IMG/VR virus record: IMGVR_UViG_3300002091_000060
Location: 1-35,910 of that record
Direction: 5' to 3' (one strand)
Length of the DNA stretch: 35,910 nucleotides
From: a virus
Taxonomy: Duplodnaviria > Caudoviricetes
Within the stretch, counting starts at the first letter, position 1; each line of letters starts with the position of its first letter. This document shows, piece after piece, positions 26,800-35,541 of the stretch. The position numbers and the translations under genes were made by a program. The notes beneath the pieces were generated by a model. The model was not told where the DNA came from and did no database searches. It saw only the letters and a list, made by a program, of their open reading frames with translations.

Positions 26800-27418
26800 T
26801 TTGAAATTTGTTTATCATGTTGCAACTTGTCTGGCACGAATAATCAGCACCAACTGGTATAAAGTCGCCTCCGTATTCTCCATATCGATCTCCTATAAAA
26901 AATTTATGCACATCAGTGTATGGAAATAAAACATCTATTGGTTGATTCCTGTACTTGTCGTATGGTTCACTAGTAAAATTAATGCATGATTGTATTTGAT
27001 CTGCACAAATGACTTGTATTGCTGACTCATGCATATTGTGTTTTGGACACCACAAGCAGTGCCATCCAGATGTAAGGGAATTTACAAAATCAATTATTCT
27101 AGTAGAAAGAAGATATGCATCTGCTTCGCAATGAACAATTTTATCAAATCCATTATTCTGTGCATATTTAATAGCTGTCCCAAAACTGCGATACCATCCA
27201 TCGTAATTCACAATTGATTGTTTTCCTAGATGTGTATCAAAAGTATAAATTGTTTCTGGCGGACAAAATGACGGCATTAACGGACTGCCGTCATCAAACA
27301 TAAGCATTTTATCGTATTTTACTTTTCCTAATACATAGTAATCATACCAAGATTTATGCCTTCCGTTCCACCCATCTTTAGAGTCGGCGTATGACGTACA
27401 GAACAAAAGTGTCTTCAT
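26789..27418 (-). CDS. GT-A fold glycosyltransferase (GT2-like, 209 aa)
   Basis: MLMFDDGS, AIKYAQNNGFDKIVHCEADAY (ExD variant of DxD). Confidence 0.7.
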   Translation of the reverse strand: MKTLLFCTSYADSKDGWNGRHKSWYDYYVLGKVKYDKMLMFDDGSPLMPSFCPPETIYTFDTHLGKQSIVNYDGWYRSFGTAIKYAQNNGFDKIVHCEADAYLLSTRIIDFVNSLTSGWHCLWCPKHNMHESAIQVICADQIQSCINFTSEPYDKYRNQPIDVLFPYTDVHKFFIGDRYGEYGGDFIPVGADYSCQTSCNMINKFQNEH

Positions 27419-28155
27419 AAAACTAAAAGGTCTGCGTCACAATTTATGGTATAATGCGCCCCTTCGTATTTAACGATGCTATTTGGAACCTCGCAGGTTT
27501 CCTGCAATAGAGGCTTGCGAAGTCCAGCCGCTATCCAGAAAGAACTTGATTGATTACCAACAAAAAAATCAGACCCTTCAATTGCTGTTGCAACATCAAG
27601 ACAACTATCTGTTTTGTAATACTCAATATATCCAATCTCATTGCAAAATTCTTCATGTTCATCCTTACGACCAATAAATAATGCGCGATCTCTAAAGTGT
27701 AAATAAACGTGCTTCCAATTAAAATGAGGACTTCTATATCTTGGAGTGCGATTAAAAATAACCCTTCCTTTTGTATTTGAATCAGGATTTACCTTTATCC
27801 AAGGTTCTGTAATCTGCATATGACCATGCCCCCTTGGAACAAAATTTAAGTATCTGGCTTGCGCGTCAATGAGAGAAATATGGTGTTCGTAACATTCACG
27901 CCATCCTGAAAGGTCGTGATCAATTGCGTACTTGCCATCGTTCCAAAGCACTTCAATATTTTGACTTTCAAGTAGCGGTTTGATGGAATCATATTTATAA
28001 CCACTCATTGGCTCCATCCAAGTTTCGTCTCGGATAACCATTGTGGTTCCACCCATCGCCTGAAATACAGGCATAAAAGCCACTATGTCACCTATGTGAC
28101 CAGTGTGCATAAATGTCAATCGCTTGCTAAATGGGCCTCTCATCAGAAAACGCAT
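27415..28155 (-). CDS. GT-B fold glycosyltransferase (GT9 / heptosyltransferase-like, ~246 aa; start could be 28143)
   Basis: GHIGDIV N-terminal motif and LDVATAIEGSDFFVGNQSSSFWIAAGLRKP C-terminal motif. Confidence 0.75.
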   Translation of the reverse strand: MRFLMRGPFSKRLTFMHTGHIGDIVAFMPVFQAMGGTTMVIRDETWMEPMSGYKYDSIKPLLESQNIEVLWNDGKYAIDHDLSGWRECYEHHISLIDAQARYLNFVPRGHGHMQITEPWIKVNPDSNTKGRVIFNRTPRYRSPHFNWKHVYLHFRDRALFIGRKDEHEEFCNEIGYIEYYKTDSCLDVATAIEGSDFFVGNQSSSFWIAAGLRKPLLQETCEVPNSIVKYEGAHYTINCDADLLVL

Positions 28156-28723
28156 TCAACATGACCTGCGATCTAACTTCAAGTTTAGAACTTTTTGCGT
28201 GATGAATGAATTTAAGAATATCACCTAAAGTATTTTCAACTCCAAGAGTTTCTGACTCGTTAATTAATTTATTACCTTCTACAAGTGGCTCTTGAACAAA
28301 TTTCTTTATCGCGTTAGCGCAATGCTCTTTGGTCGCATAAAAGATATGTGCAGGCTCTCCGCCATTTATATGGAGGGTTCCATGATCTTCATACGATTTA
28401 GCTACCTCTGGTGTGAATTCCTTATTCACTACATCGTAGTCAGTCATCCAACCACCACCAGCGGCGAAGAGAGCGCACCAGCGGATGTATCTCGCGACAA
28501 TCCAGTCAAACTTGTTGAGTAGTTCAGGATGAAGACCCATAGCAATAGCCATCAACTTTTGCTGTAGTTTGTTGTATAATGGACTTCCAAGAGCGTGGCT
28601 CCTATTAAGCATGACAGGCTCCCAGCCTTGATTTGTCCAGCTAGTCTTCCACCAGTTGGCACAGGCGAATTCCTCGCCCTGCTTTGATTGAGCGATGTTT
28701 TGGTAGTAGGCGTAGACTTTCAT
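28127..28723 (-). CDS. Glycosyltransferase, DxD sugar-binding (GT32-like, 198 aa)
   Basis: GWEPVMLN then YIRWCALFAAGGGWMTDYDV, matching R...L...GG.x.DxD. Confidence 0.7.
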   Translation of the reverse strand: MKVYAYYQNIAQSKQGEEFACANWWKTSWTNQGWEPVMLNRSHALGSPLYNKLQQKLMAIAMGLHPELLNKFDWIVARYIRWCALFAAGGGWMTDYDVVNKEFTPEVAKSYEDHGTLHINGGEPAHIFYATKEHCANAIKKFVQEPLVEGNKLINESETLGVENTLGDILKFIHHAKSSKLEVRSQVMLNAFSDERPI

Positions 28724-29745
28724 TAGTATGTTTTATAGCCAACGTGGAATACTGGGAGACCAAGGTCGATGTGAGGTTGATTGCCTGCTTGCTTTGCTCT
28801 GAGGCAGAATGAAACATCTTCCCCTCTCGCACTATCGAATGGTCGGAAGTAATCGTAGTCGTAGTCAGGTACATCAATCTTTAGGCTATCTCCAAATTTT
28901 TCCTTAATGTCGTTAAATACTTTTCTGTGGACGAGCATACAGCCTGTTCCAACCCAATCAACTGGCACGATGGCGTCTTCATAGGATTTCGCTCGCGGTG
29001 CTAGCAACGGATCGGCGCACATTATGGCTCCTCCCTCCTGACGACCGAAGTAAGCCGCCCCCACAAGGTTCTTTCCTGCGCCAAGAAGCCTGTGTAGCAC
29101 ATGTCGTTGTAGCGGCAGGTCTCCCAGTGACCTTGCGCCTGCAACCCAGTGCCTAAACCAAGCAGGGCGTCCGATTGATGGGATGATGTCATCGTCGATC
29201 ATCAGCATCCACTTGGCGTCAGTTTCTAGGAACTTGTGAGCTAGTCTGTTGCGTGAATGCTCAATTTTTGCATCACCAATTGCCATGTCAAAGCGGATCT
29301 TGTCCCTTCCAAAGTCAAGCGCGATTGCGACATTGACTGCGGCTGTGACAGGATTGCTAGACTTGTACCAAGGCCAGCCAACAAAGATGTCGCGCCCAGC
29401 AAACTCACAGCGGTACGAAGGAAGCCCCTCTTTGGTTCTACTTTCAATAATTGGATTTTGTACTCTTGGTGCTTCAACTTCTTCTAGTGCTTGCTTTGGT
29501 TTTCGTCCGCGCTTTGGCTTTTCTGCTTCCGCCACAGGCTCAGATTGCACAACTTCCTGTACAGGCTCTGGCTCTGGTTCTGGTTTTAATTCTGGCATAT
29601 TCGCCACAATTGGAACGACTGGAGCCACTGGCTTGCCGTCCAACCTGCGCGGCGGAGGTGTTGGAGTCATGAAAGGATTCGGTGAGTCCGTAGCCTTCAT
29701 CGTCCGCTCCTGCATAGGGGTGGAAATAGGATCAAGGATTGCCAT
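28723..29745 (-). CDS. GT-A fold glycosyltransferase (GT2-like) with disordered N-terminal arm (340 aa)
   Basis: SRNRLA..FL..DAKWMLMIDDD, WVGTGCMLVHRKVF, GEDVSFC..A..G, HVG. First ~95 aa are P/E-rich with KPKRGRKPK. Confidence 0.85.
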   Translation of the reverse strand: MAILDPISTPMQERTMKATDSPNPFMTPTPPPRRLDGKPVAPVVPIVANMPELKPEPEPEPVQEVVQSEPVAEAEKPKRGRKPKQALEEVEAPRVQNPIIESRTKEGLPSYRCEFAGRDIFVGWPWYKSSNPVTAAVNVAIALDFGRDKIRFDMAIGDAKIEHSRNRLAHKFLETDAKWMLMIDDDIIPSIGRPAWFRHWVAGARSLGDLPLQRHVLHRLLGAGKNLVGAAYFGRQEGGAIMCADPLLAPRAKSYEDAIVPVDWVGTGCMLVHRKVFNDIKEKFGDSLKIDVPDYDYDYFRPFDSARGEDVSFCLRAKQAGNQPHIDLGLPVFHVGYKTY

Positions 29746-29747
29746 AA

Positions 29748-31067
29748 TTATGCGCCTGCTTCGTCAAGTCCAAGGTCAATAGCATCGCTGGCATTCATCT
29801 TGATTCGTGACTGGAGATCGTTTGATTTATTGACAGACTGGGTTGTAACATTCTGCTTTGGCATCTTTCCAGACGCCTTCAACTTTCCGTTCTCATCAGT
29901 CAATTTCTTGAGTTGAGCCTCTAGAGAAGCCTTTGCGGCCTGTTCTTGTTGGAGGGTAGCACTTAGGATGTCGCTATAAACGGCTGCTGCGGCGATTGAC
30001 GCACGTTCGTTTGCGGTCTTGGGCCACAGCGCGCTGTTAAACTTCCCCTCAAGTGCTGACACATTTTTGTTGTGTTGCTGGATCTTTTCAATCTGTTCAG
30101 GTGTAGCATTCGCAGGAGGCTCTTGGTATCTTGCCCAAGGTACTTCTTTTGTAAGCTGGTTAACATAATCTCGTACTTCCGTTGTCTCTTTCTGATACCA
30201 GTCCTTGGCTTGGTTCTGACGCTGTTCAAGGATCTGCTCTGCGTTCTCAGCGGCGTGAGAAATCTCAGCCTCTTGCTTTTCTTTCAGGTCTGATACATCG
30301 ATCAGGCTGCGCTTTAGCTTCTCGGCGTCAGTCAGTCCCAGCTTGCTGATGGCATTGTTTTGCCACCACTTGTCGTCAACCTTGTCTGGGCCACCTGCCT
30401 TTTCAATACTGGCAATGAGGTCATCCGTAGCACCATTCTTTTTCATGATGCTATAGATGTTCTCCTTTGCAGAATTGATTGGCTGCGTGTACTTGCTTTG
30501 GAACTCAGGGTCGTTCTTGATGTCAAAGATTTGCCTGAACTTCTTTAACTCCTCGTAATCGGTGGGAGCCTGTACCTGTTGCTGTTGGGCTTCTGTTAGC
30601 CGTTGCCGCAGGACTTCGGCTTCCGCCGCTTGCTTTTTGTACTCGCTAGCGGTTTCTTGGAGCTTGCGCCAATTATTTTGATTTTTTTCGGAGAGGTTTC
30701 TCGGCTGTTCGATGGCGAGAATTTCTGGATCGATTTCGGCTTTTTGTTCTTGAACGGAACTGGGTGAAACTTCGACTCCAGACTCTGGTTGTGGTATTTC
30801 TGTTGCTGGTTGAACAGGCTCTGGAACGATTGTTTCAGGTTGCTGGCTGTTTGTGCCAGAGATGCTATCAAGCGTTGTAGTATCTTCATTTGATGTTGTT
30901 GGTTCTTGTGTTTCTTGGGGTTCTACCCCTGTCTCTCTTTCCGCCTCATCGAGAAGCGAGTCGATTGATTGATGAACGTCATTGCTGATTGGATCAGCGT
31001 TGAGGTTTGCGGCTCCACCATCGCGGTTGGCGGCGGTGATTTCTGGTACTAGGTTTTCTTCTTCCAT
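29748..31067 (-). CDS. Putative capsid scaffolding protein (439 aa)
   Basis: Acidic disordered N-terminus, long coiled coils, position between portal and capsid genes. Confidence 0.7.
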   Translation of the reverse strand: MEEENLVPEITAANRDGGAANLNADPISNDVHQSIDSLLDEAERETGVEPQETQEPTTSNEDTTTLDSISGTNSQQPETIVPEPVQPATEIPQPESGVEVSPSSVQEQKAEIDPEILAIEQPRNLSEKNQNNWRKLQETASEYKKQAAEAEVLRQRLTEAQQQQVQAPTDYEELKKFRQIFDIKNDPEFQSKYTQPINSAKENIYSIMKKNGATDDLIASIEKAGGPDKVDDKWWQNNAISKLGLTDAEKLKRSLIDVSDLKEKQEAEISHAAENAEQILEQRQNQAKDWYQKETTEVRDYVNQLTKEVPWARYQEPPANATPEQIEKIQQHNKNVSALEGKFNSALWPKTANERASIAAAAVYSDILSATLQQEQAAKASLEAQLKKLTDENGKLKASGKMPKQNVTTQSVNKSNDLQSRIKMNASDAIDLGLDEAGA

Positions 31068-31073
31068 AATTTA

Positions 31074-31313
31074 TTACATCGACACAAATGACGCCGACGA
31101 AGCATCATCATTTTTGTTTTCGTCTAAGAGTATGTCATTCATCTGGCGCAGGATAAACTCCGCGCCTTCCTTGTACTTTGCCTCAAGAGCAACTGACTCA
31201 ATTGTCTTTCCAGTGGTTGGTGGAATAATGGAATACAGGAAGCCAATTAGCTTCCCCCCAGACTTTTGATGATATTCGCGGAATCGTGCAGAGTCAGATG
31301 TTTCCCAAGTCAT
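31074..31313 (-). CDS. Small helical protein between portal and scaffold (79 aa)
   Basis: A.YKEGAEFILRQM helix; small genes at this position are common in podovirus head modules. Confidence 0.65.
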   Translation of the reverse strand: MTWETSDSARFREYHQKSGGKLIGFLYSIIPPTTGKTIESVALEAKYKEGAEFILRQMNDILLDENKNDDASSASFVSM

Positions 31314-31326
31314 AATTTATTTGTTG

Positions 31327-31372
31327 TGTCAGAAGACGCATAGGTTTTCTGACTTAATTTAATTTATGTCAA
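31327..31372 (-). promoter_or_regulatory. Intergenic element: TTGACA plus hairpin
   Basis: TTGACA at 31372-31367 without a good -10; GTCAGAA...TTCTGAC stem (31328-31353) competes with TGAC-N14-GTCA. Confidence 0.3.
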
Positions 31373-31377
31373 CTATA

Positions 31378-31698
31378 TTATGCCAAGCCAATATCTATTG
31401 CCTGCTCAGAAGAAAGAGGCTTGCTTGAATCGCGTCCGTAAGAATTGGGACTCACGCCAGCGGTTTTTCCTTTCCAAGCCTTTTGGAAAGCGTCTTCTGT
31501 GGTGGTTGGCTTTTGTGCCTCCTCACTTCTTTGCTTCATGATAGCGTCTTGTGGGTATGATTCCACAGGTGCGTACATTGGCTTCCCTTCTGCGTCCACG
31601 CGATAACTGCCATCTGGGTTAGTTAGCGGTTGCGTTGTTGGAGCCTGTGGGGCTGCTTTTGTTGCGCCTTGAGTTGGTTGTGTAGGTGATCCGCCCAT
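31378..31698 (-). CDS. Hypothetical low-complexity protein (106 aa) ending in a scaffold-like motif
   Basis: P/Q/T/A-rich; C-terminus SSEQAIDIGLA. Confidence 0.7.
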   Translation of the reverse strand: MGGSPTQPTQGATKAAPQAPTTQPLTNPDGSYRVDAEGKPMYAPVESYPQDAIMKQRSEEAQKPTTTEDAFQKAWKGKTAGVSPNSYGRDSSKPLSSEQAIDIGLA

Positions 31699-31711
31699 AG
31701 TTTTGTTTGGC

Positions 31712-34129
31712 TTACGCCGCTGTTACTGGCCTTGGTGGATTGGCGACACTTGCAATCATTCCACCTTGGCTAGGATTTTGTTGTTGGTATTGTTGTTGAA
31801 GGTTCTTTTCCTGCGCTACTGATGTTCCTGCGTGACCGCCACCACCGCGATGACCATGTGGCATGGCGGCAGGTATTACGTTCTCGACAGGAGGGGCGGC
31901 TTGACCAGCGGTTAGGTGAGCATACGCTTCCTTTGCGGCCTGCCTATACTTTTGTGTTTGCTTTGGCATTGCGCCCTTTTGTTCAGCGGCGGTAATGTGT
32001 CCAACGTAGTGCTTCATAGCAGCCATCAGCGGGGCAATTGCCTCTTGCGTCAGCCCACCCCTTGGCACGTTGGCAATCACTGGCATCAGCTTTTGGCTCA
32101 TCGTATCGAGGTGGACGATGTCGTTGTCGCGTGGAGAGACTGGAATGTCCTGACCTGCGATGATGGCCTGAAGTTCCAATACCTGTTGGCGAGTTGCCTC
32201 AATGGCGATTGCCTCAACCTGATCTTTTGGAAGGATGACGCTGTTCGCAGTCGTTTCTCCCAGCTTCCTACTCCAGTCTAGCTTGATAAGCTCGTCCTGA
32301 TTGATGCTTGGATTACCCATGTAGCGTTGGATCAGTGAGTCTAGGATCACATTGTCTTGTGGCGTTGTGTCTTGAAGAAGCTGGCTCGCAGGCGAGTATG
32401 CCATGAGCAAGATGTCAGATGGCGGGACATTCTTTTGGAGCATGTCGTACACACAATTAATTGCGTCCTCGTCGAGGTGTTCAGGAACATCAAACGGAAC
32501 CATGAACGGAGGCATTTCCATCAGGCTCTTATCAAATGCGTCTACCACTTCGCGTCTTGCCCAGACTGCGTTTGGCTCTTTTAGCTTTACCACATCCATC
32601 TTTGCTTTCAAGTCAGCCGCTGCCTTGATGTGTTCAGGGTGACAGATCCCCTTCTGCATACGCTCGACGGCCTGTGAGAACTGGCGCGAGAAGCGCGTGA
32701 GGATTCCCTCGCGAAGTTGGTTCTCAATTGCTGCGGTACGATTTACTTCGGAGGCGGTCTTTTTCTGTCCGCTATTGTCAACAGGGGCAGATGGCAAGAA
32801 TGTTCCCACCTGAATCTCAGCCAGCCCAGTGATGAATTGATCCAGCTTGAGGAAGTCGTCCACATCCGCTGGCAATTGCTGTGGGATGACCTCGTATCCC
32901 TCGGAGATATATCCCACTGGGTGAAGGACAGAAAGCGGAGGCACTCCTACCTTTGCGTTTGGCCCCTTCTTCAGCAGTAGCAATCCCTTTAGGTAGGTAT
33001 TATCAACCACTAGGTTGCGAGCCTTCTCCACTGCAACGTGCGTATTGTACAGGTCACGCCCAGCCCCGCGAGATGACATCAGGTTTCCGCTACCGATCTC
33101 AATACTGAATAGAGCGAGCGTCTCGCTCATCTTGTTGTATCGATCTACTTGCGTGCAGATTTCCAACCCGCTCTTGTCGTCAAACAAGAACCTACTGATC
33201 TTGCCATGAGGTTCCCTGACTAGGATCTCTCCAAGCTCAACATACTTTGCGTCGTTCTCGTAGCTGGCTCCGTAACTTCCCTCGCGAATCCAATCCTCGT
33301 ACCTGCGAGCATCGTCATCGGCGTCAAGCGTCCTGCCAGCAGGGATCGCTTGGTTGATCGACTGGATCAGGTGGTTAATATGCCAGCCAGCGGCTGCCGA
33401 AAGTTCAGGCTGTTCCAAGACTGGGAGCAACTCTGCGATCTGATAGCGTCTCTTTCGCGCCCAGATGGGCGTCTGGTCAGTTTGTTGGGGAGTCTCGATA
33501 GAGAAGAAGGTATAATCTTGGCGAAGGAATTCGGGCTTCCAGTCGCGCAGGTCATCCCAACACATTCCGCAGAATCCGAAGGTGGTATTCTCGTGGACGA
33601 TCTGGGCAATGAGATCGTCAAATCCTTTCCAACCCCTAATGCACTTCGTTATTTCGTCGCGGAATACTTTGGTCTTATTCTCGGCATCGAGTGAATCAAT
33701 CGGATACTTTGCGTATGTAAGCGTAGCAGCACTTTCAATTACCTGCCTGAATGGGGGCTGAATTCGGCTGACCATCGTCGAAAGGAATCCTGTGGGTCGG
33801 TTACTCCTCCAATTCTGACCCATGCTTTCCAGCTTCTTAGCCTGATAAGGCGGCTCGTTGTTGAGTTTCTTCTGAATCAGTTGGTTCTTCCTGTTCCTCT
33901 CGACATTCTGTTGTTTCAGCCTGCGGTATGCGGCGTGTGCCTGAGTCGCGTCCTTGAACGTCCTCCTGACCTGAAGCGTGTCCTTGTTGACTACGTCCAG
34001 ATTTCCATTGTCGGGGTTGACTACATCCAGACCAAGAATCCTTGGCTTGTCGTGGACATCTACAACGCGAGCGGATTTTGTTCCGTAGTAATCGGTAACT
34101 TTTGGAGGAAGAGGCTTCAGGTTTGCCAT
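31712..34129 (-). CDS. Portal (head-tail connector) protein (~805 aa)
   Basis: Size, KTASEVN motif (TAtEv of podovirus portals), RDNDIVHL late motif, P/Q-rich tail, first large gene of the head module. Start moved to ATG 34129 (TAA-TT-ATG). Confidence 0.8.
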   Translation of the reverse strand: MANLKPLPPKVTDYYGTKSARVVDVHDKPRILGLDVVNPDNGNLDVVNKDTLQVRRTFKDATQAHAAYRRLKQQNVERNRKNQLIQKKLNNEPPYQAKKLESMGQNWRSNRPTGFLSTMVSRIQPPFRQVIESAATLTYAKYPIDSLDAENKTKVFRDEITKCIRGWKGFDDLIAQIVHENTTFGFCGMCWDDLRDWKPEFLRQDYTFFSIETPQQTDQTPIWARKRRYQIAELLPVLEQPELSAAAGWHINHLIQSINQAIPAGRTLDADDDARRYEDWIREGSYGASYENDAKYVELGEILVREPHGKISRFLFDDKSGLEICTQVDRYNKMSETLALFSIEIGSGNLMSSRGAGRDLYNTHVAVEKARNLVVDNTYLKGLLLLKKGPNAKVGVPPLSVLHPVGYISEGYEVIPQQLPADVDDFLKLDQFITGLAEIQVGTFLPSAPVDNSGQKKTASEVNRTAAIENQLREGILTRFSRQFSQAVERMQKGICHPEHIKAAADLKAKMDVVKLKEPNAVWARREVVDAFDKSLMEMPPFMVPFDVPEHLDEDAINCVYDMLQKNVPPSDILLMAYSPASQLLQDTTPQDNVILDSLIQRYMGNPSINQDELIKLDWSRKLGETTANSVILPKDQVEAIAIEATRQQVLELQAIIAGQDIPVSPRDNDIVHLDTMSQKLMPVIANVPRGGLTQEAIAPLMAAMKHYVGHITAAEQKGAMPKQTQKYRQAAKEAYAHLTAGQAAPPVENVIPAAMPHGHRGGGGHAGTSVAQEKNLQQQYQQQNPSQGGMIASVANPPRPVTAA

Positions 34130-34131
34130 AA

Positions 34132-34710
34132 TTATGTATTGAGCCAGCAATTAGCAGGCAGGTTGGTTGATTTGCTGAAATTATCCTTATCGATAAAGAT
34201 AGCGGTTCTGTTGTCGTGACGCATTGACCTGCAACCTCCAAGCACCCCGCTTGATTGTGTGTCTCGCCCCTGCCTCACGCTTGCGGTCAGCCTTTCGGTG
34301 GTGCTGATGCACGAGCTACAGCCTCCGCGCCAGTTCAAATTCTCAGGGCAGTTCCTACAGGTCTTTGCCCTAGCCTCTGCCAGTTCGTCCGTAACCATGT
34401 TTATTTGGTTCTGACTTTGCTGGAGGTTCTTAGCCCATGTCTGGATGTCATTTAACAACGCCGTCGTGTCGGTCTCAGGGTTGACTGAAGTTATTGCGAC
34501 CATGTCAACTCCATGACAGAACTGAGGCCAGTTGGAGCAAATAAAGCTGTTCACATCTCCCTCGACGTCTCCGCTTGGAAAGTTATTCTCGGCGCGGAAA
34601 TGCTCGACGTTCTTGATCAGGGAATCGTAGGTGACGCCGTTAATACGAACGTCACCTTCAATATAGTGCCAGCCATTGGGCGGCAGCATACCTAAAATCG
34701 GTGTAGCCAT
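34132..34710 (-). CDS. Cys-rich, probably Zn-binding hypothetical protein (192 aa)
   Basis: PPNGWHY, C-x6-C, ARAKTCRNCPEN, CSSC, GC..H, terminal CW. Confidence 0.75.
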   Translation of the reverse strand: MATPILGMLPPNGWHYIEGDVRINGVTYDSLIKNVEHFRAENNFPSGDVEGDVNSFICSNWPQFCHGVDMVAITSVNPETDTTALLNDIQTWAKNLQQSQNQINMVTDELAEARAKTCRNCPENLNWRGGCSSCISTTERLTASVRQGRDTQSSGVLGGCRSMRHDNRTAIFIDKDNFSKSTNLPANCWLNT

Positions 34711-34752
34711 CTGTTGGTAATATGTTATTTAGAAGCCAAGGGCAAGTAATAA

Positions 34753-35259
34753 CTACTTTACAAACTCAAAGTGGCACTTTGGACAAATGCAGGTTTCTTT
34801 ATCCTTTTCGTCCGCTTTCAGTTCATTATCGACTGGTTCTTCAGGAGATCCGATCATTTCTGCCAGTTGCTCGTTTGTGAATGCCAGCAATGAAACATCA
34901 AACTTCACATCGTTTAGCTCATCAATTTCTACCGAAAGCATATCAAAGTTCCAATCGCTGTTGAGTGCCAGTTGGTTGTCGGCAATGATATACGCCTTTC
35001 GTTGGAACTCGTTTAGGTGGTCAACCTTTATGCAGGGCACTGAATCCATTCCCAACTTCTTGGCGGCAAGTACGCGCCCATGACCTGCTAGGATGTCGTA
35101 GTTCTCGGTAATCAGTACAGGGTTGGTAAATCCAAACTCCCTGATGCTGGCGGCTATCTGGCTCACCTGAATGTCGCTGTGAGTCCTGCTATTGCGAGCG
35201 TAAGGTATCAGTTTCTTGAGGTCGATTTGCTCAATGTGTTGAGATGTTTTGATTTCCAT
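34753..35259 (-). CDS. ParB/Sulfiredoxin-like N-terminal domain protein with C-terminal CPKC knuckle (168 aa)
   Basis: LIPYARNSRTH, SIREFGFTNPVL, ILAGHGRVLAA, AYIIADN, CPKCHFEF. Confidence 0.9.
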   Translation of the reverse strand: MEIKTSQHIEQIDLKKLIPYARNSRTHSDIQVSQIAASIREFGFTNPVLITENYDILAGHGRVLAAKKLGMDSVPCIKVDHLNEFQRKAYIIADNQLALNSDWNFDMLSVEIDELNDVKFDVSLLAFTNEQLAEMIGSPEEPVDNELKADEKDKETCICPKCHFEFVK

Positions 35260-35541
35260 AGGTAGTAAAAATGCTCACCCAACGTTAAAAAGAAAAGATA
35301 AAAAGAAACCCCCAAAGAAAATAGAAAAGAGAAAAGTGCGATCTGAAATCAGATCAATTTCACATAAGACGAAAAGCGTCTCTCACTACCACAGCCCAAG
35401 GATTAGCCTGCTCTCAGATCGGAGCGTAATGAGGATGGAGTGTGTGTCCTCCGAATTAAGCCGCATGGGTTAAATGCGGCTCCTGCCTTCGCCAGTGGCT
35501 CGACACAATCTCGATTTCCAGTGGTTACGATATCTTCTATA

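Noticed and set aside
34753-35259. Plasmid-like ParABS partition system
   Set aside because: Only the ParB/Srx N-terminal domain is present, with no HTH and no ParA. This form is common near phage packaging genes.
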